Below the pieces are notes generated by a model. It saw only the letters and a program-made list of their open reading frames with translations, did no database searches and had not been told where the DNA came from. Below are positions 40,154 through 49,274 of a stretch of 64,000 nt of DNA, piece after piece. Source of the stretch: Acidobacteriota bacterium (GTDB lineage: Bacteria > Acidobacteriota > Polarisedimenticolia > Gp22-AA2); contig JBHIBC010000006.1 of the NCBI GenBank assembly GCA_046758905.1, forward strand, positions 6,686 to 70,685. Reading direction: 5' to 3'. Position numbers and translations under genes: made by a program. How positions within the stretch are numbered: the stretch's first letter is position 1; each line of letters begins with the position of its first letter.

Positions 40154-41896
40154 GTGACAGCCGGCCGAATGGCGACCCTGGTCGCGATCCTGATGATCGC
40201 CGTGGGCGTGGTCTACGCTCAGGGCGATCGCGATCGGTGGGCCGCCGCCGGCCCGTTCCGCTGGAGCGGCGTCGCCGAATGGGAGTACTACGAGAGCGAC
40301 TCCACCTCGCAGGGCGTGGGGACCGACTTCAACTCCTTCCGGCAGAAGTACTCCCTCATGCTGGACGGATTCCTCTGGGACCCGCGCTTCAACCGTTTCT
40401 CGATCGGCCTGGACGGCTACCTCACCGACCGCCGGGCGGACGGCGAGCAGCTCGACTCCGACCGGTTCGGATACCGCGCCCAGAGCACCTTCTTCCCGGC
40501 CCGCCCCTTCCCGCTGCGCCTGTACGCGCGCCGCGCGGTGACCGACGCCACGGGCGCCGCCCTCGTGGACAACGATCGGGAGACGGCCGCATGGGGGGCC
40601 GAGTGGCAGCTGTCCACGCGCAGGGTGCGGAGATTCAGCCTCCTCTTCGACAGGACCACGTTCGAGCTCACCAACCCGATCTCGCTCGAGGAGCGGCGCC
40701 AGACCGGACTGCTCAACTTCATGAGCCGTTTCGGGAACAGCGACGTCTCGTTCCGATACGGCCTGAGCTCCCAGAAGGAGCGGGTCAACGCCACCGATTT
40801 TGAGCGTCACAGCTTCACCCTCACCGACCGGACGGCCTTCGACAACGGCGCGACCCTCCTGGTGAGCGCCTTCCACACCCGCTCGGACGCGCTCTTCTCC
40901 ACGGGCCAGACGGACGATCTGAGGACGAGCCGCTTCTCGAGCCGGGTCGATCTGCCCTGGACGGACGGAGCCCGGCTGGGGTTCAGTTACGATCTCAACG
41001 ACAACAGCGGCCGTTTCCTGGACTCCACGAGCCACGTGGTGAAGGCCCAGGGGCGCTTCAAGATGAACTCCCACTGGGAATCGACGCTCGCCCTCGTGCT
41101 GGGCCGGATCGACAGCCTGACGCCGACGAGCGACATCCAGCAGGACCAGCTGGGCGCCCGCGCCGGTGTGAGTTACGGCCGTGACTGGACGAGGATCGGC
41201 CTCACGGCCACCTACTCGATCGGATACGACAGGGCGGACTTCAACATCGGCCCGGACGCGCGCAGCCTCAACCACCTCGCACAGGTGGACACCCGCTTCT
41301 CCCTGGGGGACGCGGGCGATCTGTTCTCCGCCCTCACCTACAGCGTCGGGGACAACGACACGACCGGGATCGGCTTCACCCTCGACGAGCTCCGCGCGAC
41401 GGTGGGCTGGGAGCGGGCGCTCGACGGGCTCTGGAGGGCGCGGGTGTCGACCACATTTCGCAACACGATCTACGACACCTTCCAGTTCGGGGTGCAGGAA
41501 AGCGACGAGATCAGCCTGCAGGGTTCGCTGAGCCACCCCAGAGGCGGCGTCTCGCTGTCCCTGTCGACGAGCGAGGGCGTCTCCGATTTCCTCCCCGACC
41601 CGGGAAGCGGCTCGCCGTTCCTGCCGGGAACCGACCTGGTCAACGAGCGCGACGTGGCCAGCGCCGGGCTCCACTGGAGGATCCTGCGACGCCTGCGCGC
41701 CCGCGTCCAGGCGCGCGTCGAGAGGCGCCGCTTCACGACCATCGGGAGGGAGGATATTCTCTCCCTCCATCCCGAGATCGAGTACCGTCTCGGCAGCTGG
41801 TCGCTCACGGCCGGTTACTCGCGCTACGAGCGGGAGAACGCGACCACCTTCGAGAACGCGACCTGGCTGCTGAGGGTCACGAGGCGGCTCCTGTGA
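40154..41896 (+). CDS. putative outer-membrane beta-barrel (porin) protein
   Basis: signal peptide; alternating polar/aromatic strands rich in S/T/D/Y/F over ~550 aa; no hemes; lies between cytochrome and NHL genes. Confidence 0.72.
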   Translation: MTAGRMATLVAILMIAVGVVYAQGDRDRWAAAGPFRWSGVAEWEYYESDSTSQGVGTDFNSFRQKYSLMLDGFLWDPRFNRFSIGLDGYLTDRRADGEQLDSDRFGYRAQSTFFPARPFPLRLYARRAVTDATGAALVDNDRETAAWGAEWQLSTRRVRRFSLLFDRTTFELTNPISLEERRQTGLLNFMSRFGNSDVSFRYGLSSQKERVNATDFERHSFTLTDRTAFDNGATLLVSAFHTRSDALFSTGQTDDLRTSRFSSRVDLPWTDGARLGFSYDLNDNSGRFLDSTSHVVKAQGRFKMNSHWESTLALVLGRIDSLTPTSDIQQDQLGARAGVSYGRDWTRIGLTATYSIGYDRADFNIGPDARSLNHLAQVDTRFSLGDAGDLFSALTYSVGDNDTTGIGFTLDELRATVGWERALDGLWRARVSTTFRNTIYDTFQFGVQESDEISLQGSLSHPRGGVSLSLSTSEGVSDFLPDPGSGSPFLPGTDLVNERDVASAGLHWRILRRLRARVQARVERRRFTTIGREDILSLHPEIEYRLGSWSLTAGYSRYERENATTFENATWLLRVTRRLL

Positions 41897-41908
41897 CGGG
41901 GAGGTGAG

Positions 41909-43006
41909 ATGAGCGCGGCCCGCGGGACGCCTGGAGAGGGGCGCCGCGCGCTCCTGCGCGCCGGGGTGCCCGCCTGCGGATGGGCGACGATGCTCCTGCT
42001 CGCGGGGCTCGCCTGCCAGCACAAGGCGCCGCGCGACGAGCTCGCCCTGCCGCGCCTCGTCTGGCCTCCTCCCCCGGCTCCGCCGCGCATCGAGCACATC
42101 GGGTCGTTCCGCGAGCCGTCCGACCTCGGGATCCGCAGGAACTGGCTGTCCCGGCTCTTCACCGCCCTCGCCGGCACGCGGCGGCCGACCGCGATGGTCC
42201 GCCCCTATGGCATCGCGGTGACCCCGGAGGGGCGCATCGCCGTCGCGGACCCGGGCGCGCGCTGCGTGCACCTGTACGATCCGGGCCGGCCGCGTTACCG
42301 CCGGGTGAGGTCGGCGGCGAACCAACGCCTGGTCTCGCCGGTGGGCGTCGCGATCGACCCCCGAGGACGGATCTACGTCGCGGACTCCTTCCGCCGGGCG
42401 ATCTTCCGCTACGGCCCGAAGGGTGAGTGGCTGGACACGCTGGGAGAGGAGGAGGGGCTCGTCAGGCCGACCGGCCTCGCCTTCGAGCCGGTACGCGGGA
42501 TCCTCTACGTGGTCGATACCGGCGGCCATCGCGTCCTGGGCTTCGACGCCGAGGGGAACCGCGTCCTGGAGTTCGGCCGCAGGGGCAGCGGGCCGGGCGA
42601 GTTCAACTACCCCGCCGCCATCGCCGTCGGCCCGTCCGGCGACCTGTACGTCACCGACTCGATGAACTTCCGGGTGCAGGTCCTGGATCCCGGCGGCCGG
42701 TTCCTCGGATCCTTCGGGGGGCCGGGGGACGGCCCGGGAGATTTCGACAAGGCCAAGGGCATCGCCCTCGATGCCGACGGCCACATCTACGTGGTGGAGG
42801 GCCTGCACGACGTGATCCACGTCTACGACGGCGGAGGGCGGCTGCTGACCGTCCTCGGCGGGACGGGGAGCGGCCGCGGTCGCTTCTGGCTCCCGACGGC
42901 GATCACCATCGACGGCGCCGGCCGCATCCTGATCTCCGACTCGGCGAACCGCCGAGTCCAGATCCTGCGCTACCTGGGGGAGCCCGGAGGGCGTTCCGAG
43001 GGATGA
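41909..43006 (+). CDS. NHL-repeat lipoprotein
   Basis: lipobox-like GLAC; VWPPPPAPPRI; six NHL-like repeats; paralog of 38110..39276. Confidence 0.9.
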   Translation: MSAARGTPGEGRRALLRAGVPACGWATMLLLAGLACQHKAPRDELALPRLVWPPPPAPPRIEHIGSFREPSDLGIRRNWLSRLFTALAGTRRPTAMVRPYGIAVTPEGRIAVADPGARCVHLYDPGRPRYRRVRSAANQRLVSPVGVAIDPRGRIYVADSFRRAIFRYGPKGEWLDTLGEEEGLVRPTGLAFEPVRGILYVVDTGGHRVLGFDAEGNRVLEFGRRGSGPGEFNYPAAIAVGPSGDLYVTDSMNFRVQVLDPGGRFLGSFGGPGDGPGDFDKAKGIALDADGHIYVVEGLHDVIHVYDGGGRLLTVLGGTGSGRGRFWLPTAITIDGAGRILISDSANRRVQILRYLGEPGGRSEG

Positions 43007-44778
43007 GGGGAAAGGTCCTGCTCGCCGCGCCTCTGCTTCTGCTGCTCGGCTCGGACGCCGGGCGGGCGGAGGTCACGGCCTCCAAGCACGACCTCTCGGT
43101 GAGCGGGACCGGCTCCATCGTGGCGGTGTCCGAGACCCAGGTGTGCATCTTCTGCCACACGCCGCACAACGCGAATCCCGCCGTTCCCCTGTGGAATCAC
43201 CAGCTCTCGTCCGTGGGGAGCTACTCGACCTACTCGAGCACGACCCTGACGCTCCCGACGCCGCTGCAGCAGCCGACGGGCAGCTCGAAGCTGTGCCTCA
43301 GCTGCCACGACGGCACGGTGGCCCTGGGCCAGACGGTCAACGACGGACTGATCGCGCTCCAGAACACGGGCGCGGGCGGGCGCATGCCGGCCGGCGCCTC
43401 CAACCTGGGGACCGATCTGGCCGACGACCACCCGATCTCGTTCCAGCCCAATCCGGCCAACAGCGAGACCCTGGACCCGCCGAGCGGAGACCCGGTGAGC
43501 CTGGACTCCGCCGGCGAGGTCCAATGCACCTCGTGCCACGATCCGCACACGGAGGACAACGACGCCGTCACCAGGCGATTCCTGGTCAAGAGCAATCAGG
43601 CCTCCGCCATCTGCCTAACCTGCCATCAGCCCGACTTCTGGAGCACCAACCCGACCAGCCATCAGTCCTCGACCGCTGCCTATCTCCCCGCCCAGGGCGC
43701 CCACACCGGGTACACGACGGTGGCGGACAACGCCTGTGAGAGCTGCCACCGCCCGCATTCGGGGAACGAGCCTCAGAGACTGCTGAAATTCGTGGAGGAG
43801 GCGACCTGCGACTCGTGCCACGACGGCTCGGTGGCCTCCAAGGACGTGTCGGCCGATTTCCTGAAGCCGTTTGCGCATCCCACCTTCTCCACGACCCCCT
43901 CGGTCCATGACGCGAGCGAATCGCCGTCGGATCCCACGGCCACCCTGCCCGAGATCAATCCCGGCGCGGCGCGCCACGCCGAGTGTCAGGACTGTCACAA
44001 TCCGCACGCGGCCGTCGGACAATCCGCCGCGGCGCCGGACGCGTCCGGCCGCCTGAGCGGGACCTGGGGGATCGACTCCGACGGGGCGCGGCGCGACCCG
44101 GCGCTCGCCGAGTACGAGATCTGCTACAAGTGCCACGCCGACAGCGCCAACAAGCCGCAGGAGGCGGGCCTGCCGTTCCCGCCCTACACCCAGAGGCAAA
44201 TCGTGCAGTTCAACACGCGGCTCGAGTTCGACCCCTTGAACCCCTCGCACCACGGGGTGGAGGCTCCCGGCGCGAACCCCGACGTGCCTTCCCTTCTCGC
44301 GCCCTACACGACCGCGAGCGTCATCTACTGCACCGACTGCCACAGCAGCGACACGGGCCCGGGCGCCGGCGGGGGCGGGGCCGACGGCCCCCACGGGTCG
44401 ATCTACAATCACCTCCTTGAGAGGAACCTGAACGTCGGGGACGGCAACTCGGGAACCGACTTCTCCAATATGTACGCCCTGTGCTTCAAGTGCCATAGCG
44501 AGGCCAGCATCCTGGGCGATCAGAGCTTCCCCCACCACAAACGGCACATCGATCGGGAGAACTCGTCCTGCATGGTCTGCCACGATCCGCACGGGGTCAG
44601 CGCCGCCCAGGGAAACGGCGTCAACAACTCCCACCTGATCAACTTCGACGTGTCCGTGGTGCTGCCGAACACGAACGGCATCCTCATGTTCGAGGACCGC
44701 GGTACGTTCTCCGGGGCCTGCTTCGTGAAATGCCACAACCGGAACCACGACCCCTCGAAGGGAACCGGTGACTATTGA
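43003..44778 (+). CDS. multiheme cytochrome c (11 CxxCH + 1 CxxxCH) with N-terminal OmcE-like domain
   Basis: ATG at 43003 overlapping upstream stop; SKHDLS, CIFCHTPH, PLWNH, CLSCHDG, TDLADDHPISF, then 8 further heme sites. Confidence 0.88.
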   Translation: MRGKVLLAAPLLLLLGSDAGRAEVTASKHDLSVSGTGSIVAVSETQVCIFCHTPHNANPAVPLWNHQLSSVGSYSTYSSTTLTLPTPLQQPTGSSKLCLSCHDGTVALGQTVNDGLIALQNTGAGGRMPAGASNLGTDLADDHPISFQPNPANSETLDPPSGDPVSLDSAGEVQCTSCHDPHTEDNDAVTRRFLVKSNQASAICLTCHQPDFWSTNPTSHQSSTAAYLPAQGAHTGYTTVADNACESCHRPHSGNEPQRLLKFVEEATCDSCHDGSVASKDVSADFLKPFAHPTFSTTPSVHDASESPSDPTATLPEINPGAARHAECQDCHNPHAAVGQSAAAPDASGRLSGTWGIDSDGARRDPALAEYEICYKCHADSANKPQEAGLPFPPYTQRQIVQFNTRLEFDPLNPSHHGVEAPGANPDVPSLLAPYTTASVIYCTDCHSSDTGPGAGGGGADGPHGSIYNHLLERNLNVGDGNSGTDFSNMYALCFKCHSEASILGDQSFPHHKRHIDRENSSCMVCHDPHGVSAAQGNGVNNSHLINFDVSVVLPNTNGILMFEDRGTFSGACFVKCHNRNHDPSKGTGDY

Positions 44779-45688
44779 GGAAGAAGGGAGGCGGGCCGTC
44801 CACCGACGGGCGGCCGCGACGCTCGCGGCGATCGCGTGCTCGCTCCTGATCGTGATCATCGTGGAGGCGCCGCCGGACGGCGGGGAAGGGATCCGCGCCG
44901 CCGAGGCGCCGGGGGGGACCCCGCATCCCGACCTGGAGGGCGTCGAGGACGCGACCTGCGCCGACTGCCACGAGGACCGGGTGGAGGGCGCCGTGGTGCA
45001 CCCGCCGGCCGCGGCCGGGGAGTGCGAATCCTGTCACGAGTTCGCAGGAGCCGGGGAGGAGACGACCGTCTCGCTGATGCTGCCGGAAGAGGAGCTCTGC
45101 GTGACCTGCCACGAGAACCCCGCCGCCGCCCGAGGGGCCGTCGCGCGGCATCCTCCCGCCGAGGAGGGGGCCTGCACCCTCTGCCACGATCCCCATGCCT
45201 CGGGACTGCCGTTCCTGTTCCGCGACCCGGGGAGCGACATCTGCCTGGAGTGCCACGGCGATGTGGCGGAAGAGCTCGAGCGGCCTCAGGTCCACGGCGC
45301 GGTCCGGAGCCTGGGCTGCCCCGCCTGCCACGACCCTCACGCCTCGCCCGTCCGGAGGCTGCTGCGCCGCGCGGGGAACGAGCTGTGTCTCGAGTGCCAC
45401 CTCGGCACCTCCGGCAGCCACCCCCTGAGCGACGCCGGCGAGGTGCTGCTGTTCGAGAGGTGGCCCGCGGACGCGCGCCTGTTCGACGGCATCCCGAAGA
45501 TCGGGCTGCGGGCGGGGGGCACGGGGCATCCGGTGGCGCGCCACCCCGTCCGGGCGGAGCGCAACCCTCTCCGCGCGGAGGAGCCGTTCTGGTGCGGCAG
45601 CTGCCACCCGCCGCACGGCTCGCTCCGCCGACCGCTTCTCGTAGGGGACAGCGGCGGCAGCTTTTGCCTGCAGTGCCACAAGAAGTGA
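44768..45688 (+). CDS. nonaheme paired-CXXCH periplasmic cytochrome c
   Basis: 9 CxxCH in repeated HxP..CxxCHxPH..LCxxCH units. Confidence 0.88.
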   Translation: MTIEEEGRRAVHRRAAATLAAIACSLLIVIIVEAPPDGGEGIRAAEAPGGTPHPDLEGVEDATCADCHEDRVEGAVVHPPAAAGECESCHEFAGAGEETTVSLMLPEEELCVTCHENPAAARGAVARHPPAEEGACTLCHDPHASGLPFLFRDPGSDICLECHGDVAEELERPQVHGAVRSLGCPACHDPHASPVRRLLRRAGNELCLECHLGTSGSHPLSDAGEVLLFERWPADARLFDGIPKIGLRAGGTGHPVARHPVRAERNPLRAEEPFWCGSCHPPHGSLRRPLLVGDSGGSFCLQCHKK

Positions 45689-45837
45689 CGCGCGCGGCGA
45701 CACCCTCTTGGTCGCCATCTCCACTGCTGGTATCGTTCGCCCCGGAGGTCTCGGCGGGAGGATGAGCGGCCGGCCGGGTTTCAGCATGTAGTCCGCAGTA
45801 CGGGAGGCCGGTGGGAGGGCCCCCCGGGCCGGTCCGC

Positions 45838-45854
45838 CTGGCACGCTGTTCGCA
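45838..45854 (+). promoter_or_regulatory. putative sigma54 promoter
   Basis: CTGGCACGCTGTTCGCA: GG-N10-GC, 35 nt before ATG 45889. Confidence 0.7.
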
Positions 45855-45888
45855 AGTTGGTTCGGGGTCATTCTTCGGAGGAGTGCCC

Positions 45889-46440
45889 ATGAAGCGAATG
45901 GTTGCTCTGCTGGCGGTGTCCGTCGGTGTCGTCCTGGTGCTGTCGTCGCCGCGCCCCTCCCGGGCGGCCGAGCGCGCCTACATCGGCGCCCAGAAGTGCA
46001 AGATGTGCCACAACTCCGCGGCCAAGGGGGCGCAGTTCAAGAAATGGACCGAATCGCGCCACTCGAGGGCGTACGCCACCCTCGCCTCGGAGCGGGCCCG
46101 GAAGATCGCGGCCGGGAGGGGGATTGCAGACCCGCAGAAGGCGGACGAGTGCCTGCGCTGCCACGTGGCCGGACACGGCGCGCCCGCCGAGATGCTGACC
46201 CAGAAGTATTCCCCGGAGGACGGCGTCAGCTGCGAGGCCTGCCACGGCCCCGGCGGCGACTACTGGAAGATGAGCGTCATGAAGGACCCGACGAAGGCGG
46301 TCGCGGCCGGCCTGGTCATTCCCGAGGAGAAGACCTGCACGGCCTGTCACAACAGCGACAGCCCGACCTTCGAGTCGTTCGACTTCGCGACCTACTCGAA
46401 GAAGATCGCTCATCCCAACCCGAAGAAGGCCGCGAAATAA
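45889..46440 (+). CDS. cytochrome c554-like tetraheme cytochrome
   Basis: GGAGG RBS; [32 protein letters not shown]. Confidence 0.88.
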   Translation: MKRMVALLAVSVGVVLVLSSPRPSRAAERAYIGAQKCKMCHNSAAKGAQFKKWTESRHSRAYATLASERARKIAAGRGIADPQKADECLRCHVAGHGAPAEMLTQKYSPEDGVSCEACHGPGGDYWKMSVMKDPTKAVAAGLVIPEEKTCTACHNSDSPTFESFDFATYSKKIAHPNPKKAAK

Positions 46441-46883
46441 TGGCTGGGGAGCGGCCGGGGGGCTCGCGGCGCGGCTTTCTGAACTGGTTTCTCGGGACGT
46501 CGTTGGGCGCGATGTGCGCGTCGATCCTGTACCCGGTGGCGCGCTACATCTCGCCGCCGGAGGTGCCGGAGGCGGCGACCTCCAGGGTCGTGGCCGGGCG
46601 GGTCGGGGAGCTGAAGCCGAACGAGGGGAAGCTGTTCCGCTTCGGGAGCCGGCCCGGCCTGCTGATCCTCACCCGCGAGGGCGAGTACAGGGCCTACGCC
46701 GCGACCTGCACCCACCTCAACTGCACCGTCCAGTTCCGCGGCGATCTGCAGCAGATCTGGTGCGCCTGCCACAACGGCTTCTACGACCTGAACGGCGTCA
46801 ACGTAGCCGGCCCACCGCCGCGCCCGCTCGAGAGGTACGCGGTGCACGTCGCGGACGACGAGGTGGTGGTGACCAGGACATGA
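46440..46883 (+). CDS. Rieske [2Fe-2S] protein (copy 1)
   Basis: Tat-like SRRGFL; CTHLNC and CACHNGFY; GPPPRPL. Confidence 0.93.
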   Translation: MAGERPGGSRRGFLNWFLGTSLGAMCASILYPVARYISPPEVPEAATSRVVAGRVGELKPNEGKLFRFGSRPGLLILTREGEYRAYAATCTHLNCTVQFRGDLQQIWCACHNGFYDLNGVNVAGPPPRPLERYAVHVADDEVVVTRT

Positions 46884-47995
46884 CGGTGGTCCCCCGGGGC
46901 GCCCGCGGGCGGCTGCTCGACTGGCTCGAGGAGCGGCTGGGCCTGTCCCTCCTCTTGAAGCTGGGAAGGGAGAAGCACGTCCCGCTCCACCGGCACACCT
47001 TCTGGTACTACATGGGCGGGATGACCCTGTTCCTGTTCGGCCTGCAGGTGCTCACCGGGATCCTCCTCCTCCTCTACTACCGCCCGTCGTCCGAAGAGGC
47101 GTTCGAGAGCGTCCAGTTCATCGTCACCAAGGTCCCCTTCGGCTGGCTCATCCGCAACCTGCACTCGTGGTCGGCCAACCTTCTGGTCTTCGTGCTGTTC
47201 GTGCACATGTTCAGCGTCTACTTCCTGAAGGCCTACCGGCGCCCGCGGGAGGCGACCTGGCTCACCGGGTTCGCCCTGCTGGCCCTGATGCTGGGGTTCG
47301 GCTTCTCGGGATATCTGCTGCCCTGGAACGAGCTGGCGTTCTTCGCCACCCAGGTGGGGACCGAGGTCGCGGGATCGCTGCCGGTCGTCGGCCACTTCGC
47401 GCTGCGCCTGATGCGCGGCGGCGAGCAGGTGACCGGCGGGACGCTGACGCGCTTCTACGGCCTGCACGTGGCGATCCTTCCCGCCCTGACCACCCTGGTG
47501 CTGGCGGCGCACCTGTTCCTGGTGCAGAGGCACGGGATGAGCGAGCCTCCCTCCGTGGAGGCCGAGCGCAGGCGGACCGGCGCGCCGCCGCGCTCGCGGC
47601 CGTTCGTGCCCGGGTTCCTCCTGCGCGACTGCATCGGCTGGTGCGCGGCGCTTGGGATCCTTGCGGCGCTCGCGGCGCTGTACCCCTGGGAGCTGGGCGT
47701 GAAGGCCGACCCGTTCGCGCCGGCGCCGGCCGGGATCCGCCCGGAGTGGTACTTCTGCTGGATGTTCCAGCTCCTCAAGGTCCTCCCCGGCCACGTGCTC
47801 GGGATCGAGGGGGAGCTGTTCGGGATCGGGATGATCACGCTCGGGGGCCTGTTCTGGCTGTTGGTCCCCTTCATCGATCGCCCCGCCGAGGCGAGCGACG
47901 GCGCGCGCGGATGGGCGCTGACGCTGTTCGGCTTGGCGTCCCTCGCGTTCATCGTGGTGATGACCATCTGGGCCTACCTCCCGGCGGGAGGGTGA
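46880..47995 (+). CDS. cytochrome b of a Rieske/cytb complex (copy 1, fused subunit IV)
   Basis: four His ligands (HSWSA..VH; LH..AH), GYLLPW, RPEWY. Confidence 0.94.
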   Translation: MTVVPRGARGRLLDWLEERLGLSLLLKLGREKHVPLHRHTFWYYMGGMTLFLFGLQVLTGILLLLYYRPSSEEAFESVQFIVTKVPFGWLIRNLHSWSANLLVFVLFVHMFSVYFLKAYRRPREATWLTGFALLALMLGFGFSGYLLPWNELAFFATQVGTEVAGSLPVVGHFALRLMRGGEQVTGGTLTRFYGLHVAILPALTTLVLAAHLFLVQRHGMSEPPSVEAERRRTGAPPRSRPFVPGFLLRDCIGWCAALGILAALAALYPWELGVKADPFAPAPAGIRPEWYFCWMFQLLKVLPGHVLGIEGELFGIGMITLGGLFWLLVPFIDRPAEASDGARGWALTLFGLASLAFIVVMTIWAYLPAGG

Positions 47996-47996
47996 G

Positions 47997-49274
47997 ATGC
48001 GACGGGCGCCGCTGATTCTCGGAGGGATCGCCCTGGCGGGCCTGATCGCCTTCGCCGAGGAGCCGCCGCCGGGGGAGCGATCCAAGGTCAACAGCTGCCT
48101 GTCGTGCCACTCCGAGTTCGACGGCGAGCTCCTGGAGCCGACCCTGCACGTCGAGGAGGACGTCCACTTCAAGCGCGGGCTGGCCTGCCATGACTGCCAC
48201 GGCGGCGACCCGTCAGCCGGCCTGGACGGCGACCCCGACGAGGCGCACAGCGCCGCCGAGGGGTTCGCGGGCAAGCCGAGCCGCCTCGACACGCCGCGGT
48301 TCTGCGCCCGGTGCCACTCGGACGCCAACCTCATGAAGGCGTTCAATCCCCACGCCCGCGTGGACCAGTGGAGCGAGTACCGGACCTCCAGGCACGGGCG
48401 GCGCCTCGACAGCGGGGACGACAGCGTGGCGGTGTGCACCGACTGCCACGGGGCGCACGGCATCCGCGAGGTCGACGACCCCCGCTCGCCCGTCTACCCG
48501 ACCAACGTGGCCGAGACCTGCGCCGCCTGCCACGCGGACTCCGAGCGGATGGGTCCGCACGGCCTGCCGACGGGGCAGTACCGGGAATACCGCCGAAGCG
48601 CTCACGCCGCGGCGCTGTACGAGAAGGGCGACACCTCGGCCCCGACCTGCAACGACTGTCACGGCAGCCACGGCGCCGTCCCCCCGGGCGTCGAGAACGT
48701 CAGCAACGTCTGCGGCAGCTGCCACGGGCGCGAGGCGACGCTGTTCCGCGAGATCGAGGAGAAGAAGGACATCAACGTCTCCGCCTGCATCCAGTGCATG
48801 ATCTGCCACGACAACCACGCGGTGCTCCGGCCGACCGACGACATGATCGGCGTCGGAGAGAGGTCGACCTGCACCGCCTGTCATGCTGAGGGCGAGCCCG
48901 CCTACGACGCTGTGGCCCGGATGGGGGGCGCCGTCGTCCGCCTGGCGGGCCGTCTCGAGGAGGCGAACGCGCTGCTCGACGCCGCCGAGCGCGCCGGGAT
49001 GGAGGTGGGGCCGGACCGATTCGCGCTGCAGAAGGCGCGGGACCGGCTGGTCGAGGCGCGCGTGCTGGCGCACAGCTTCGACCTCGAGCGTTTCCTGAAG
49101 GTGACGGCCGAAGGGCTGGAGGCGGCCGACGCCGGCGTGGCGGCCGGCCACCGCGCGTTCGCCGACCTGAGGTTCAGGCGCACCGGGCTGGCCCTGTCGC
49201 TCATCGTCATCGCGGCGGTGATCGTGGCGCTGTGGCTGAAGATCCGGCAGATCGAGGCGCGAACCGCGGAGTGA
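47997..49274 (+). CDS. nonaheme cytochrome c with C-terminal coiled region and TM anchor (copy 1)
   Basis: 9 CxxCH; C-terminal hydrophobic helix. Confidence 0.88.
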   Translation: MRRAPLILGGIALAGLIAFAEEPPPGERSKVNSCLSCHSEFDGELLEPTLHVEEDVHFKRGLACHDCHGGDPSAGLDGDPDEAHSAAEGFAGKPSRLDTPRFCARCHSDANLMKAFNPHARVDQWSEYRTSRHGRRLDSGDDSVAVCTDCHGAHGIREVDDPRSPVYPTNVAETCAACHADSERMGPHGLPTGQYREYRRSAHAAALYEKGDTSAPTCNDCHGSHGAVPPGVENVSNVCGSCHGREATLFREIEEKKDINVSACIQCMICHDNHAVLRPTDDMIGVGERSTCTACHAEGEPAYDAVARMGGAVVRLAGRLEEANALLDAAERAGMEVGPDRFALQKARDRLVEARVLAHSFDLERFLKVTAEGLEAADAGVAAGHRAFADLRFRRTGLALSLIVIAAVIVALWLKIRQIEARTAE

